64,000 nucleotides of DNA from Burkholderiales bacterium (GCA_022843925.1 JALHMS010000001.1:144294-208293); one strand, 5' to 3'. Positions 50,592-61,290 are shown, counted from the first letter of the stretch. Numbers and translations: made by a program. Notes: generated by a model not told the origin, from the sequence alone.

Positions 50592-51482
50592 ATGACGACC
50601 GGCGACATCCAGAAGCAGACCGTGGAGGCGAACAAGCTCGCCAAGCGCCTGCGCCGCCAGGTGGGCGAGGCGATCGCCGACTATCGGATGATCGAGGGCG
50701 GCGACCGCGTGATGGTCTGCCTCTCCGGCGGCAAGGACAGCTACGGCCTGCTCGACGTCCTGCTGTCCCTCCAAGCAAGTGCGCCGGTGCCCTTCGAGAT
50801 CATCGCGATGCACCTCGACCAGGCCCACCCCGGCTATCCGGCGGACGTGCTGCCCAACTACCTCACGGCGCTCGGCGTGCCGTTCCACATCGAGCGGCAG
50901 GACACCTACTCGACCGTGAAGCGGGTGATCCCCGAGGGGAAGACGATGTGTTCGCTGTGCTCGCGGCTGCGGCGCGGCGTGATCTACCGGGTTGCGACCG
51001 AGCTGGGTGCCACGCGCATCGCCCTGGGCCACCACCGCGAGGACATGCTGGAGACGCTGTTCCTCAACATGTTCCACGGCGGCAAGCTGAAGGGGATGCC
51101 GCCGAAGCTCGTCTCCGACGATGGGCGACACGTCGTGATCCGACCGCTCGCGTACGTCGCGGAAAAGGATCTCGCCGCCTACGCCGAGGTGAAGGCGTTC
51201 CCGATCATTCCGTGCGACCTCTGCGGCTCGCAGGAGAACCTGCAGCGCCACCAGATCAAGTTGATGCTGGCCGACTGGAACCGCCGCTTCCCGGGGCGGA
51301 TCGAGACCATGTTCCGCAGCCTGCGGAATGTCGTGCCCTCGCACCTTGCCGACCCGACGCTCTACGACTTCGCGAATCTCGAACCCACGGGCACCCCCGA
51401 CCAGGACGGCGACACCGTGTTCGACACGCCCGACATCTCCCGCCCGGGCAGCATTCCCCTGACCTTCGTGACCGAGCCCTGA
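50592..51482 (+). CDS. ttcA: tRNA 2-thiocytidine(32) synthetase
   Basis: [12 protein letters not shown] (PP-loop), [10 protein letters not shown] and CDLCGSQ cysteine motifs, ALGHHRED. Confidence 0.92.
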   Translation: MTTGDIQKQTVEANKLAKRLRRQVGEAIADYRMIEGGDRVMVCLSGGKDSYGLLDVLLSLQASAPVPFEIIAMHLDQAHPGYPADVLPNYLTALGVPFHIERQDTYSTVKRVIPEGKTMCSLCSRLRRGVIYRVATELGATRIALGHHREDMLETLFLNMFHGGKLKGMPPKLVSDDGRHVVIRPLAYVAEKDLAAYAEVKAFPIIPCDLCGSQENLQRHQIKLMLADWNRRFPGRIETMFRSLRNVVPSHLADPTLYDFANLEPTGTPDQDGDTVFDTPDISRPGSIPLTFVTEP

Positions 51483-51586
51483 CATCGTCGGAAGCTCCGG
51501 CGAGGTTTGCCATGCCTTTCTTGTCAAAATGAATTTGATAAGGCAGAGTCCAGGCCCGTGGTCAACTTTCCAACGATCCTGATCCC

Positions 51587-53098
51587 ATGAACTGCGCCGA
51601 GCGCCTCGTCAGCCTGTTCGGTACCCAGGCGGAAGTCTCACGCCGCCTCAAGCTCGACCGGGCTGTGGTCAGCCACTGGGTGAAGTCCGGCTACATCCCC
51701 GCACGGTGGGCCATGGAAGTGGAAGCCGTGTCGGAAGGTCGGATCGAAGCCGTAGAAATACTGAACGAGGCCAATCGCCTCCGACCCGTGCGGGTGAAAT
51801 CGCGCGGGGAGGACGAAGGCGTGTTCGGTTCCGCCATAACAGGGAGCGACATCATGAATTCATTCGCGCCGGCCAAGCGCATCCATTCCTTCCACCCGCC
51901 GCAGCGCACGCTGATGGGCCCGGGTCCGACGGAGATCCACCCGCGCGTACTGACCACGATGAGCCAGCCGGCCATCGGGTACCTCGACCCGGTGTTCGTC
52001 GAGATGATGGAAGAGCTGAAGAGCCTCCTCCGCTACGTCTACCAGACGAAGAACGCGCTGACGTTCCCGGTCTCCGGCCCCGGTTCGGTGGGCATGGAGT
52101 ACTGCTTCGTGAACATGGTCTCGCCCGGCGACAAGGTCGTGGTCTGCATCAACGGCGTGTTCGGCGGCCGGATGCTCGAGAACGTGATCCGCTGCGGCGG
52201 CGTGCCGGTCGTCATCGAACACGAATGGGGCACGCCCGTCGACCCGCAGCGCCTGGAGGACACCCTCAAGGCGAATCCGGACACGAAGGTTGTCGCGTTC
52301 GTGCACGCCGAGACGTCCACCGGTTGTCTGTCGGACGCCAGGACGCTCGTGGACGTGGCCCATCGCTACAACGCCCTCACGATCGTGGACGCGGTGACGT
52401 CGCTCGGCGGCGTCCCGGTGCTGGTCGATGAATGGGGCGTGGATGCCATCTACTCCGGCAGCCAGAAATGCCTCTCCTGCACGCCCGGTCTGTCGCCGGT
52501 GTCGTTCAACGAGCGCGTCGTCGAGCACGTGAAGGCCCGCAAGGACAAGATCCACAGCTGGTTCATGGACATGAACCTGCTGCTCGGCTACTGGGGCGCC
52601 ACGAACCGCACGTATCACCACACCGCACCGACGAACTCGCTGTTCGCACTCCACGAAGCGCTGCTGCTGATCCGCGAGGAGACGCTCGAGGACTGCTTCG
52701 CGCGCCACCGCCGCCATCACCTGGCGCTGAAGACCGGCCTCGAGGCGATGGGTCTGCACTTCCTCGTTAAGGAGGAGTACCAGATCCCGCAGATGAACGC
52801 GGTGCGCATCCCCGAGGCGATCCAGCCGAAGGAGGCCGAGGTCCGCAAGCGTCTGTTGAACGAGTTCAACCTCGAGATCGGCGCCGGCTTGGGCCCGCTC
52901 GCCGGCAAGATCTGGCGCTTCGGAACGATGGGCTACTCGTGCCGGCCGGAGAACGTGATGCTGTGTCTTTCGGCCCTGGGTTCCGTCATGTCGGACCTCG
53001 GCATGCCGGTCCACGTCGGCGACGCCGAAGCGGCAGCGCACGACGCCTACGCCCAGATGCACAAGCACGCAGCCCAACAGAAGAAGCGCGTCGCCTGA
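51587..53098 (+). CDS. P22-Cro/YdaS-like HTH domain fused in frame to a class V (AGXT-type) aminotransferase; possible internal start at 51854
   Basis: Residues 1-60, LFGTQAEVSRRLKLDRAVVSHWVKSGYIPARWAMEVE, resemble P22 Cro (FGTQ.AVAKALGIS.AAVSQW). No stop codon occurs before the aminotransferase core (LMGPGPTEIHPRVL, SGSQKCLSCTPGLSP with the PLP Lys). An AGGGAG lies 7 nt before the ATG at 51854. Confidence 0.8.
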   Translation: MNCAERLVSLFGTQAEVSRRLKLDRAVVSHWVKSGYIPARWAMEVEAVSEGRIEAVEILNEANRLRPVRVKSRGEDEGVFGSAITGSDIMNSFAPAKRIHSFHPPQRTLMGPGPTEIHPRVLTTMSQPAIGYLDPVFVEMMEELKSLLRYVYQTKNALTFPVSGPGSVGMEYCFVNMVSPGDKVVVCINGVFGGRMLENVIRCGGVPVVIEHEWGTPVDPQRLEDTLKANPDTKVVAFVHAETSTGCLSDARTLVDVAHRYNALTIVDAVTSLGGVPVLVDEWGVDAIYSGSQKCLSCTPGLSPVSFNERVVEHVKARKDKIHSWFMDMNLLLGYWGATNRTYHHTAPTNSLFALHEALLLIREETLEDCFARHRRHHLALKTGLEAMGLHFLVKEEYQIPQMNAVRIPEAIQPKEAEVRKRLLNEFNLEIGAGLGPLAGKIWRFGTMGYSCRPENVMLCLSALGSVMSDLGMPVHVGDAEAAAHDAYAQMHKHAAQQKKRVA

Positions 53099-53142
53099 GC
53101 GAACTGCGCACCCGGTAATTCATCCCGGAAGTCATGGAGAGC

Positions 53143-53172
53143 GGCGGACCCTGGTCCGCCGTTTTTCGTTTC
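53143..53172 (+). terminator. Rho-independent terminator after the aminotransferase gene
   Basis: GGCGGAC-CCTGG-GTCCGCC followed by GTTTTTCGTTT. Confidence 0.65.
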
Positions 53173-53280
53173 GTGGTCGATGCGCCGGACGGATGACGCG
53201 GCACCGTTTTTGCGAAGTGTGAGACAGCGCGTACGCCATGGTACTTTCCGGCCGCGCGCCCTTCAGGAGCAGATGCCCCC

Positions 53281-54093
53281 ATGAATTCCCTCGGTCGATG
53301 GACGCTCGTCGCGCTCGCTTTTGGTCTTGCGACCACGACGACGCGCGCCGAAGTGGTGCTGTATGCGAACGACTTCGAGACCGCGATCGGCCCGGAGTGG
53401 TCGAGCACCTCGACCTACGCCTGGGGGCTGCAGCAGACGCCGGCCGACGACACCGGCGGCGGATTCCTCGGCTACTTCGGCGGCGACAACGCGACGACGC
53501 TCACGCTGACGGACCTCCCGTCGGGCCTCGCCAGCCTCACGCTGGAGTTCGATGCCTATCTGATGTGGTCGTGGGACGGCGAGGACACCCGGCCCGTCGA
53601 CGGCGTTCCCCGCGGCCCTGATCGCTTCGGATTCCGGAGCGGCACGGGCAACGGTCTCGTCGCCGGAAATTCCTGGACCTTCAGCCACGGCAGCGCGGCC
53701 ACCGGCCTGCAGTCGTTCTGCGGCGACACGCTGGCGCCGTGCGCGCCGACCACCGGGGCCCTGTCCCGATACGCGCTCGGCTACCGTTTCGAGATCGTGC
53801 CGACCGAGGAGGACCTCGACACCACGGGCGCCGCCCCCATGGACTCCGTCTACCGGTTCGCATGGACGGCCACCCACGACGGTGGCACCACGGCGTCTTT
53901 CACGTTCTTCAGTGCGGGACTGCAGGTGCGACCGGATCTCGAGTTCCCCTATCTCGACGAGGCCTGGGGCCTCGACAACGTCCGGGTCATCCACACGCCC
54001 GTCCCGGAGCCCGCGGAGTCGGGGCTGCTGGCACTCGGTCTTGCGATGCTCGCCGTCGTCCACCGCCGCGGCAGACGTCGCGACGCCTGCTGA
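53281..54093 (+). CDS. PEP-CTERM sorting-domain secreted protein
   Basis: Signal peptide MNSLGRWTLVALAFGLATTTTRA. C-terminal VPEPAESGLLALGLAMLAVVHRRGRRR gives the PEP motif, a TM helix and an Arg cluster. Confidence 0.85.
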   Translation: MNSLGRWTLVALAFGLATTTTRAEVVLYANDFETAIGPEWSSTSTYAWGLQQTPADDTGGGFLGYFGGDNATTLTLTDLPSGLASLTLEFDAYLMWSWDGEDTRPVDGVPRGPDRFGFRSGTGNGLVAGNSWTFSHGSAATGLQSFCGDTLAPCAPTTGALSRYALGYRFEIVPTEEDLDTTGAAPMDSVYRFAWTATHDGGTTASFTFFSAGLQVRPDLEFPYLDEAWGLDNVRVIHTPVPEPAESGLLALGLAMLAVVHRRGRRRDAC

Positions 54094-54161
54094 GCTTCGC
54101 CCACGGCGATGTCCGGGATGCGCGGAAGGGCCGTCCGGGACGATGAAGAATCGATGACGGC

Positions 54162-56396
54162 ATGCCGCACGCCCTGAAGATCGACCCGCTGACGGACCTC
54201 CCCCCGCCGCCCGCTGCCCCCACGCCCGAAACGCTCTCCCGACCACGCCAGGCACTCGTCGCCGTCTACGTGATCGTCGCGCTCTGGTATCTGCTCTGGC
54301 GTCCCGAGACTTTCAACGCCGCAGCGCCGTGGTTCTCGCGTCTCGTCTACGCGGGCGAGGTGTTCGGCTTCGTCACGGCCGTGCTGCACATCCACATGGT
54401 GTGGCGGCTGTCGGTACGCGAAGCGCCCGCGGCGCCGGCGGGCCTAGTGGTCGATGTGTACGTCACCACCCGGGACGAGCCGGTCGAGATGCTGCGCCGG
54501 ACGCTGGTCGCCGCCACCCGCATGTCCTATCCGCACGTGACCTGGCTGCTCGACGACGGCAACCGGCCCGCCATGCGCGAGCTCGCCGGCGAGCTGGGCG
54601 TGCAGTACCTCGCCCGCGCGCGGCATCGGCACGCAAAGGCAGGCAACCTGAATCACGCGCTGTCCCGCACCCTCGGCGACTACATCGCCGTCTTCGATGC
54701 GGACCACGCCCCGGCGCGGGACTTCCTGACGCGGACGCTCGGCTACTTCCAGGACGCGCGGGTCGCGTTCGTATCGACGCCGCAGGACTTCTACAACCTC
54801 GACTCGTACCAGCATCGCAACGATGCCCAGACCCGCCTCGTGTGGAACGAGCAGTCGCTGTTCTTCCGCGTGATCCAGCGCGGCAAGGACGTCACGAACA
54901 GCGCGTTCTTCTGCGGCACCTGCGGCATCCTCCGCCGCAAGGCCCTGGACGACATCGGCGGCTTCGCCGTCGACACGGTCACGGAGGACCTCGACACCTC
55001 GGTCCGCATCCACCGCAAGGGATGGCGGTCGGTGTACCACGCCGAGCCGCTCGCGTTCGGCGTCGCGGCTCCCGACTTCGTGCCGTTCGTGCGGCAGCGG
55101 GTGCGCTGGGGCCAGGGTGCCATGCAGGTGCTGAGACGGCACGGCCTGCTGTTGTTCGCCAGCGGGCTGACCCTCCCCCAGCGCCTCAACTACTTCGCCA
55201 GCACCATCATGTATTTCGACGGCTGGCAGAAGGCCCTCTTCTACCTCGCGCCGGCGATCGTCCTGATGACCGGTGCGATGCCGATCAGCCAGCTCTCGTG
55301 GGAGTTCGTGCTGCGGTTCGTCCCGTACTACCTGCTCACGTTCTGGGTGTTCGAGGAGGTGGGCCGCGGCTACGGGCGCGCGCTCGATGTCGAGCGATAC
55401 AACATGGCGCGCTACGGCGCCTTCGTGTGGTCGACCCTCGGCCTGCTGCGCCGACGCCTCGCCTTCCGCGTCACGCGGAAGCATCGGAGTCCGGACGGGG
55501 GCCGCGCAGGCCGTCGCTTCCTGTGGCCGCAGTGGGCCGTCCTCGGCATGAATGCCGCGGCGATTCCCGTGGGCCTTCTTCTCCAGGCACTCGGCGTCAT
55601 CGCCCTGCCCACGGCGGCACTGATCGCGAACATCTTCTGGGCGCTCGTGAACGTGGTCCTCGCGCGTGCCGTCGTCGGCTTCACCCGTCGCGTTTCCGGA
55701 TTCCACCGACGCGAGTATCGGTTCCGCATTCCGCTCCCCGCGCTGCTGTCGGGAGACTCCCGTCGTCCCCACGCGGGGATCCTCGACGACGTGTCGGCGG
55801 AAGGCTTCAAGTACTACGGGCGGTTCCCCGCGGACACGGCGCCCGGCGACACGGTCGCGGGGGAGATCCTGCTGCCGAGCGGACGGATGCCCTTCCGTGC
55901 CACGGTCTGCGCATGCTTCCCGGGACCGAGGGACGGCGACGTGCGCGCGCTCGGGTGCCGGTTCGACTGGAACACGCCTTCCGAGGCGGACGCCCTGATC
56001 GCCTTCCTCTACGGGTCCGACCTGCAATGGAAGTTGAACCGGCTGAGCGACCGCTCGCGCACCCCGCTCGAGCGGTTCCTGCGATGGGTGCGCCGACCGG
56101 CTCGGCCGGCGCCGGAAGCCCCGGACGCACCGTGGGCCGCCGCGGTGGTCCGCAGCGCGGACACGCCGGATCGGGGGATGCACCCGGGCATCGTCTCGGT
56201 CCCATCGGCGTCGGGTGACGAACGCACGCTCGTCGTGTTCCGGCGGATGGGGGCGCGGGAGCGCCTGGAGATCCTCGTCACGACACGGGCGGGGACATCG
56301 ATGCTGCGGTCCGGCGCCATGCTGTTCGACGCCATGCTCGCGAGCGGCACGCCGCTCTACCTCTACCGGTTGCCTCCTGCAGGGGAATTCCGATGA
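54162..56396 (+). CDS. Cellulose-synthase-like processive family-2 glycosyltransferase with a C-terminal PilZ domain
   Basis: DVYVTTRDEP, LLDDGNR, HAKAGNLN, FDADH, FFCGTCG, TEDLDTS (TED), QRVRWGQG (Q-x-x-R-W), multiple TM helices. The PilZ motifs are RREYRFR (RxxxR) and LDDVSAEG (D-x-S-x-x-G). Confidence 0.85.
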   Translation: MPHALKIDPLTDLPPPPAAPTPETLSRPRQALVAVYVIVALWYLLWRPETFNAAAPWFSRLVYAGEVFGFVTAVLHIHMVWRLSVREAPAAPAGLVVDVYVTTRDEPVEMLRRTLVAATRMSYPHVTWLLDDGNRPAMRELAGELGVQYLARARHRHAKAGNLNHALSRTLGDYIAVFDADHAPARDFLTRTLGYFQDARVAFVSTPQDFYNLDSYQHRNDAQTRLVWNEQSLFFRVIQRGKDVTNSAFFCGTCGILRRKALDDIGGFAVDTVTEDLDTSVRIHRKGWRSVYHAEPLAFGVAAPDFVPFVRQRVRWGQGAMQVLRRHGLLLFASGLTLPQRLNYFASTIMYFDGWQKALFYLAPAIVLMTGAMPISQLSWEFVLRFVPYYLLTFWVFEEVGRGYGRALDVERYNMARYGAFVWSTLGLLRRRLAFRVTRKHRSPDGGRAGRRFLWPQWAVLGMNAAAIPVGLLLQALGVIALPTAALIANIFWALVNVVLARAVVGFTRRVSGFHRREYRFRIPLPALLSGDSRRPHAGILDDVSAEGFKYYGRFPADTAPGDTVAGEILLPSGRMPFRATVCACFPGPRDGDVRALGCRFDWNTPSEADALIAFLYGSDLQWKLNRLSDRSRTPLERFLRWVRRPARPAPEAPDAPWAAAVVRSADTPDRGMHPGIVSVPSASGDERTLVVFRRMGARERLEILVTTRAGTSMLRSGAMLFDAMLASGTPLYLYRLPPAGEFR

Positions 56397-57112
56397 AGCT
56401 GCCGTACACCGGTCTCCTCGCCCTGGCCGGCCTCATGCTGGCGGGTACGACCCTGGCGCGGGACATCACCTTGCTGACCGGTGCGGAGGTCCGGCGGAAC
56501 GATGAGTACTACGCTTACCTCGGGGCGCTCGTCCCGCTGCGCAGTTCGGACCGGCTGGGTGCCGGGTGGGTGCAGCGGTACTGGGTCGACGGCCTCCACT
56601 ACGGGTTCGACGTGTCGGACCCCGCGCGCTTCGCCACAGACCCCCAGAACATCCGGGCCCGGGCCCTTGGTCTGGAAGCGGCCCTCGGCTACCACCTCAG
56701 GGACGACCGCGGCGGGGTGGCGGCGTACCTCGGGTTCCGGCATCAGCAGTCGACGCTGTCGCCCGACGTCCCCGACAGCCGGGTGCGCGGGTCGCAGTGG
56801 TGGCCGCGGGCGCAGGTGGAGATGGATGCACGGCTCGCGCCGTCGGTCCACGCCTACGGCATCGTCGCCTACACCTTCGGGCTGGACGGCTACTGGTCGA
56901 GGCTGCGCGTGATGCACGGCCTCGGCGGCGTCGAGGTGGGCCCCGAGGCGATCCTGCAGGGTGACCGTGACTACCGCGCCCGGAAGATCGGGCTGGTGAC
57001 GACCGGCCTGCCGCTGGGCGGGAGCCTCACGATGGGCCTGCGCGCCGGATATCACTTCCAGGCCAACGCGAACTCGCCGTATGTGGGCGTCGAACTCGCG
57101 CTTGGCCTCTGA
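56393..57112 (+). CDS. Putative outer-membrane beta-barrel protein, BcsS-like
   Basis: Signal peptide MKLPYTGLLALAGLMLAGTTLA. It has alternating beta-strand-like segments, with YYAYLGALVPL..LGAGWVQRYWVD and ALGYHL. ATGA overlap with the synthase gene. The BcsS assignment comes from remembered family features only. Confidence 0.5.
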   Translation: MKLPYTGLLALAGLMLAGTTLARDITLLTGAEVRRNDEYYAYLGALVPLRSSDRLGAGWVQRYWVDGLHYGFDVSDPARFATDPQNIRARALGLEAALGYHLRDDRGGVAAYLGFRHQQSTLSPDVPDSRVRGSQWWPRAQVEMDARLAPSVHAYGIVAYTFGLDGYWSRLRVMHGLGGVEVGPEAILQGDRDYRARKIGLVTTGLPLGGSLTMGLRAGYHFQANANSPYVGVELALGL

Positions 57113-57180
57113 CGCAGCGCGGTTCCGGCACCGCCACCCCGGTATCGGGCTCGGGATGGCGGAGGCAGGGGTCGCTTCCC

Positions 57181-58074
57181 TCAGTCCGGCTTCGCCGTCC
57201 TGAGTGCCTTCACCGCGGCAGCGAACCGGGCCTCGTTACGGGGCTGGGCCTCGAAGCGGGTGAGGTTCTCACCCATCGCCTCTCCCAGCCGGTCGAGGCG
57301 CTGACCGGGGTTGGGGTGGGTCTTCGTGAGGAGCGCGAGGTACGGATCGTCCGCCTTGATCTTGCCGAGGGTCTGCAGCGCGCCTGCCAGACCGTAGGGG
57401 TCGTAGCCGGCGCGGGTCGCGAGCACCACGCCCACGCGATCGGCCTCGTACTCGTCGTCCTTGTCGAGGCCCCGGGAATAGAGCTCCTTGGTGGGTCCGA
57501 CGAGGGCGTCGACCAGCGCACCACCGCCCTTGCCGGCCGTCGCCGCGCTGGCCCCGGCGCCGAGCAGATTCGTCCAGGCGCCCTTCTTCATCGCGTTGAG
57601 GTGGTGCTTGCGCACGACGTGCCCCACCTCATGGCCGAGCACGCCGGCGAGTTCCGCCTCGTTCTCGAGAAGCCGCAGCATGCCGCGCGTCACGATGATG
57701 ATCCCGCCGGGCGCCGCGAAGGCATTCACGTGGTCGCTGTCATTGACGCCGAACCGCCAGGGCAGGTCAGCCCGCTCGGACTGACTCGCAACCCACGCAC
57801 CGACCTCGTTCACGTAGCGTTGCAGCGCCGGGTCGTCGTGCAACGGACGCGCGCCTAGGAGCGTCTCGGCCACGCCGCGACCCATCTCGATCTCCTTCGG
57901 CTGATCCACCGAGCCGAAGGCGCCCTTCAGGTTGGCAGTGAGGCCGTCGACGCCGCCGGAGCTTTTCACGAAGGCATCGATCTGCTTCGGATTGCAGGCC
58001 GCCAGGAGACCGATGGAAGCGGTGGCGGCCAGCACCCAGGCGACGATGCGTCGGCGATTCGGATGGCGGATCAT
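57181..58074 (-). CDS. M48-family zinc metalloprotease lipoprotein
   Basis: Lipobox LLAAC, and HEVGHVV (HExxH) with a downstream EYEADR. Confidence 0.85.
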   Translation of the reverse strand: MIRHPNRRRIVAWVLAATASIGLLAACNPKQIDAFVKSSGGVDGLTANLKGAFGSVDQPKEIEMGRGVAETLLGARPLHDDPALQRYVNEVGAWVASQSERADLPWRFGVNDSDHVNAFAAPGGIIIVTRGMLRLLENEAELAGVLGHEVGHVVRKHHLNAMKKGAWTNLLGAGASAATAGKGGGALVDALVGPTKELYSRGLDKDDEYEADRVGVVLATRAGYDPYGLAGALQTLGKIKADDPYLALLTKTHPNPGQRLDRLGEAMGENLTRFEAQPRNEARFAAAVKALRTAKPD

Positions 58075-58592
58075 CACTTGCCCCCCTTCTCGATGCGGCC
58101 GTCGCTGGTGACGTACGGGATCGACTGCGCCGACAGCTTGCCGGCCGCCGCGAAGCCGGCCGCGGTGGCGCGGGCGACCGCGAACCCGTCCATGCGCGCC
58201 AGCTGCCCGGGATCGGGCTTGGCGGCCGTCAGGTCCTCTTCCGAGAATCCTCGCACGCCGGTGGTCGCGGTCGCACCGGAGGCACTGCGCTGCTTGCCGA
58301 CGCCGAGGGTGGCCAGGAGCGCCGTGTCGTTCTTGGCAGGATCGGGATTGCCGAGGCGGACGGTGAGCAACCGGACCCAGCCGTCGGTGGCACCGACCCT
58401 GATCCTCGCCCAGCCGCCCTGACGCTCGGTGACCGTGACGGCGGCCTTCCCTGGTACCTTTCCCACGGTGGCAGCATCGAGGAAGGGCCTGGCCTTGACC
58501 TCCACCTCGCGCAGCGTGAAGCCCTTCTCGTCCGCGAACGCCATCGAGGCGCACAGCATCGTCGCGAGACCCCAGCATCGCCATCGAATCAT
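58074..58592 (-). CDS. Secreted SH3b-like domain protein
   Basis: Signal peptide MIRWRCWGLATMLCASMAFA. ARPFLDAATVGKVPGKAAVTVTERQGGWARIRVGATDGWVR resembles bacterial SH3. The stop overlaps the M48 start by 1 nt. Confidence 0.55.
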   Translation of the reverse strand: MIRWRCWGLATMLCASMAFADEKGFTLREVEVKARPFLDAATVGKVPGKAAVTVTERQGGWARIRVGATDGWVRLLTVRLGNPDPAKNDTALLATLGVGKQRSASGATATTGVRGFSEEDLTAAKPDPGQLARMDGFAVARATAAGFAAAGKLSAQSIPYVTSDGRIEKGGK

Positions 58593-58689
58593 CTCTGTCT
58601 CCCAGATTGGTCGGTGACCGGGATCGACGCGGCGACCCCGGACGAATCGTATGCCTGGTCGGAACCGATGCGACAACAGGGGCGCGGTC

Positions 58690-59535
58690 TCAGGCCTCCG
58701 CCGGCCTGGGGAGTCCGAGCCGGTGCCAGAGCGCCGTGACCGGTCCGGACTGGTTCAACGTGTAGAAATGCAGGCCTGGCGCACCATCGGCGAGGAGCTT
58801 CTCGCAGAGCTTCGCCACGACATCGAGTCCGAAGGCGCGCACCGATGCGGTGTCGTCGCCGAAGCCCTCCAGGCGCCTGCGGATCCATCGCGGGATCTCC
58901 GCGCCGCAGGCGTCCGAGAACCGTGCGAGCTGGGTGTAGCGGGTGATCGGCATGATGCCCGGCACGATGGGGACGTCGACACCCTGGGCCCGTACCTCGC
59001 CGACGAAGCGCCAGTAGGCATCGGGATTGAAGAAATACTGGGTGATCGCGGCGCTGGCACCGGCCTTCACCTTGCGCACGAAGTTGCGCAGGTCGTCCTC
59101 GGCCGAGCGCGCCTGCGGATGCACCTCGGGATAGGCGGCCACCTCGATGTGGAACCAGTCGCCCGTCTCGGCGCGGACGAAGCCGACGAGGTCGTTCGCG
59201 TACCGGAACTCGCCCACCTCCACCATGCCGGACGGGAGATCGCCGCGCAGCGCCACGAGGCGGCGGATGCCCTGCCCCCGATAGCGCTCGAGCAGTTCAC
59301 GCACGGACGCCCGCGTCGCCCCGACGCACGACATGTGCGGTGCGACGTCGTAGCGGAGTCCGGCGAGATCATCGACCACGCCCAGCGTCCGTTCGCGGGT
59401 GGAGCCGCCGGCGCCGTACGTGACCGAGAAGAATTCGGGCCCCAGACGCGCGAGGTCCGCCACGGTGGCGCGGAGCTTCTCGACACCTTCCGGCGTCTGC
59501 GGGGGAAACAGTTCGAAACTGAGGGATGGTGTCAT
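58690..59535 (-). CDS. metF: Methylenetetrahydrofolate reductase
   Basis: SFELFPP, FFSVTYGAGGSTR, and ALRGD. It lies downstream of ahcY. Confidence 0.92.
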   Translation of the reverse strand: MTPSLSFELFPPQTPEGVEKLRATVADLARLGPEFFSVTYGAGGSTRERTLGVVDDLAGLRYDVAPHMSCVGATRASVRELLERYRGQGIRRLVALRGDLPSGMVEVGEFRYANDLVGFVRAETGDWFHIEVAAYPEVHPQARSAEDDLRNFVRKVKAGASAAITQYFFNPDAYWRFVGEVRAQGVDVPIVPGIMPITRYTQLARFSDACGAEIPRWIRRRLEGFGDDTASVRAFGLDVVAKLCEKLLADGAPGLHFYTLNQSGPVTALWHRLGLPRPAEA

Positions 59536-59673
59536 GGTGGATTCCACGGGGGGACATGGCACGCAGTGCCCGGATCATCGGGTCGACCGCGGAAGCGCCG
59601 CACGGGCGCCCCGCGTTCTCGATGGAACGTCCGCCTCGCACCGGGTGTGACCGGCGCGGGGCGGACCACCGCC

Positions 59674-61092
<1,419 letters not shown>

Positions 61093-61169
61093 GTGCTCAC
61101 TCCTAGTTGAGGGACGGCCCCGGGGGGGACGGGAGTGAGATTTCACGCTCGTCACCCGGGAGCCAGTCA

Positions 61170-61245
61170 CGGGTCAACGAGCGCAGTTCGAAAAACCTGA
61201 GCCTGGCGGGAGGATCCCCGTCGCAGCGCTCCTCAGGACGGAGGG
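61170..61245 (-). promoter_or_regulatory. SAH (S-adenosylhomocysteine) riboswitch in the ahcY leader
   Basis: The minus strand reads CCGUCCUGAGGAGCGCUGCGACGGGGAUCCUCCCGCCAGGCUCAGGUUUUUCGAACUGCGCUCGUUGAC. It contains the conserved blocks GAGGAGCGCUGCGAC, GCCAGGCUCAGG and AACUGCGCUC. A TAGAAT -10-like hexamer lies at 61252..61247, immediately 5' of it. Confidence 0.85.
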
Positions 61246-61290
61246 GATTCTACGGGAGGATGTGGCGGCCGCACACCCCCCTCGGGCAGG

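Noticed and set aside
47507-50644. A 1045-aa minus-strand ORF.
   Set aside because: Only the C-terminal 350 aa (from the ATG at 48559) match a haloalkane dehalogenase. The remainder is antisense or out of frame to the DUF185 methyltransferase, pteridine reductase and ttcA.
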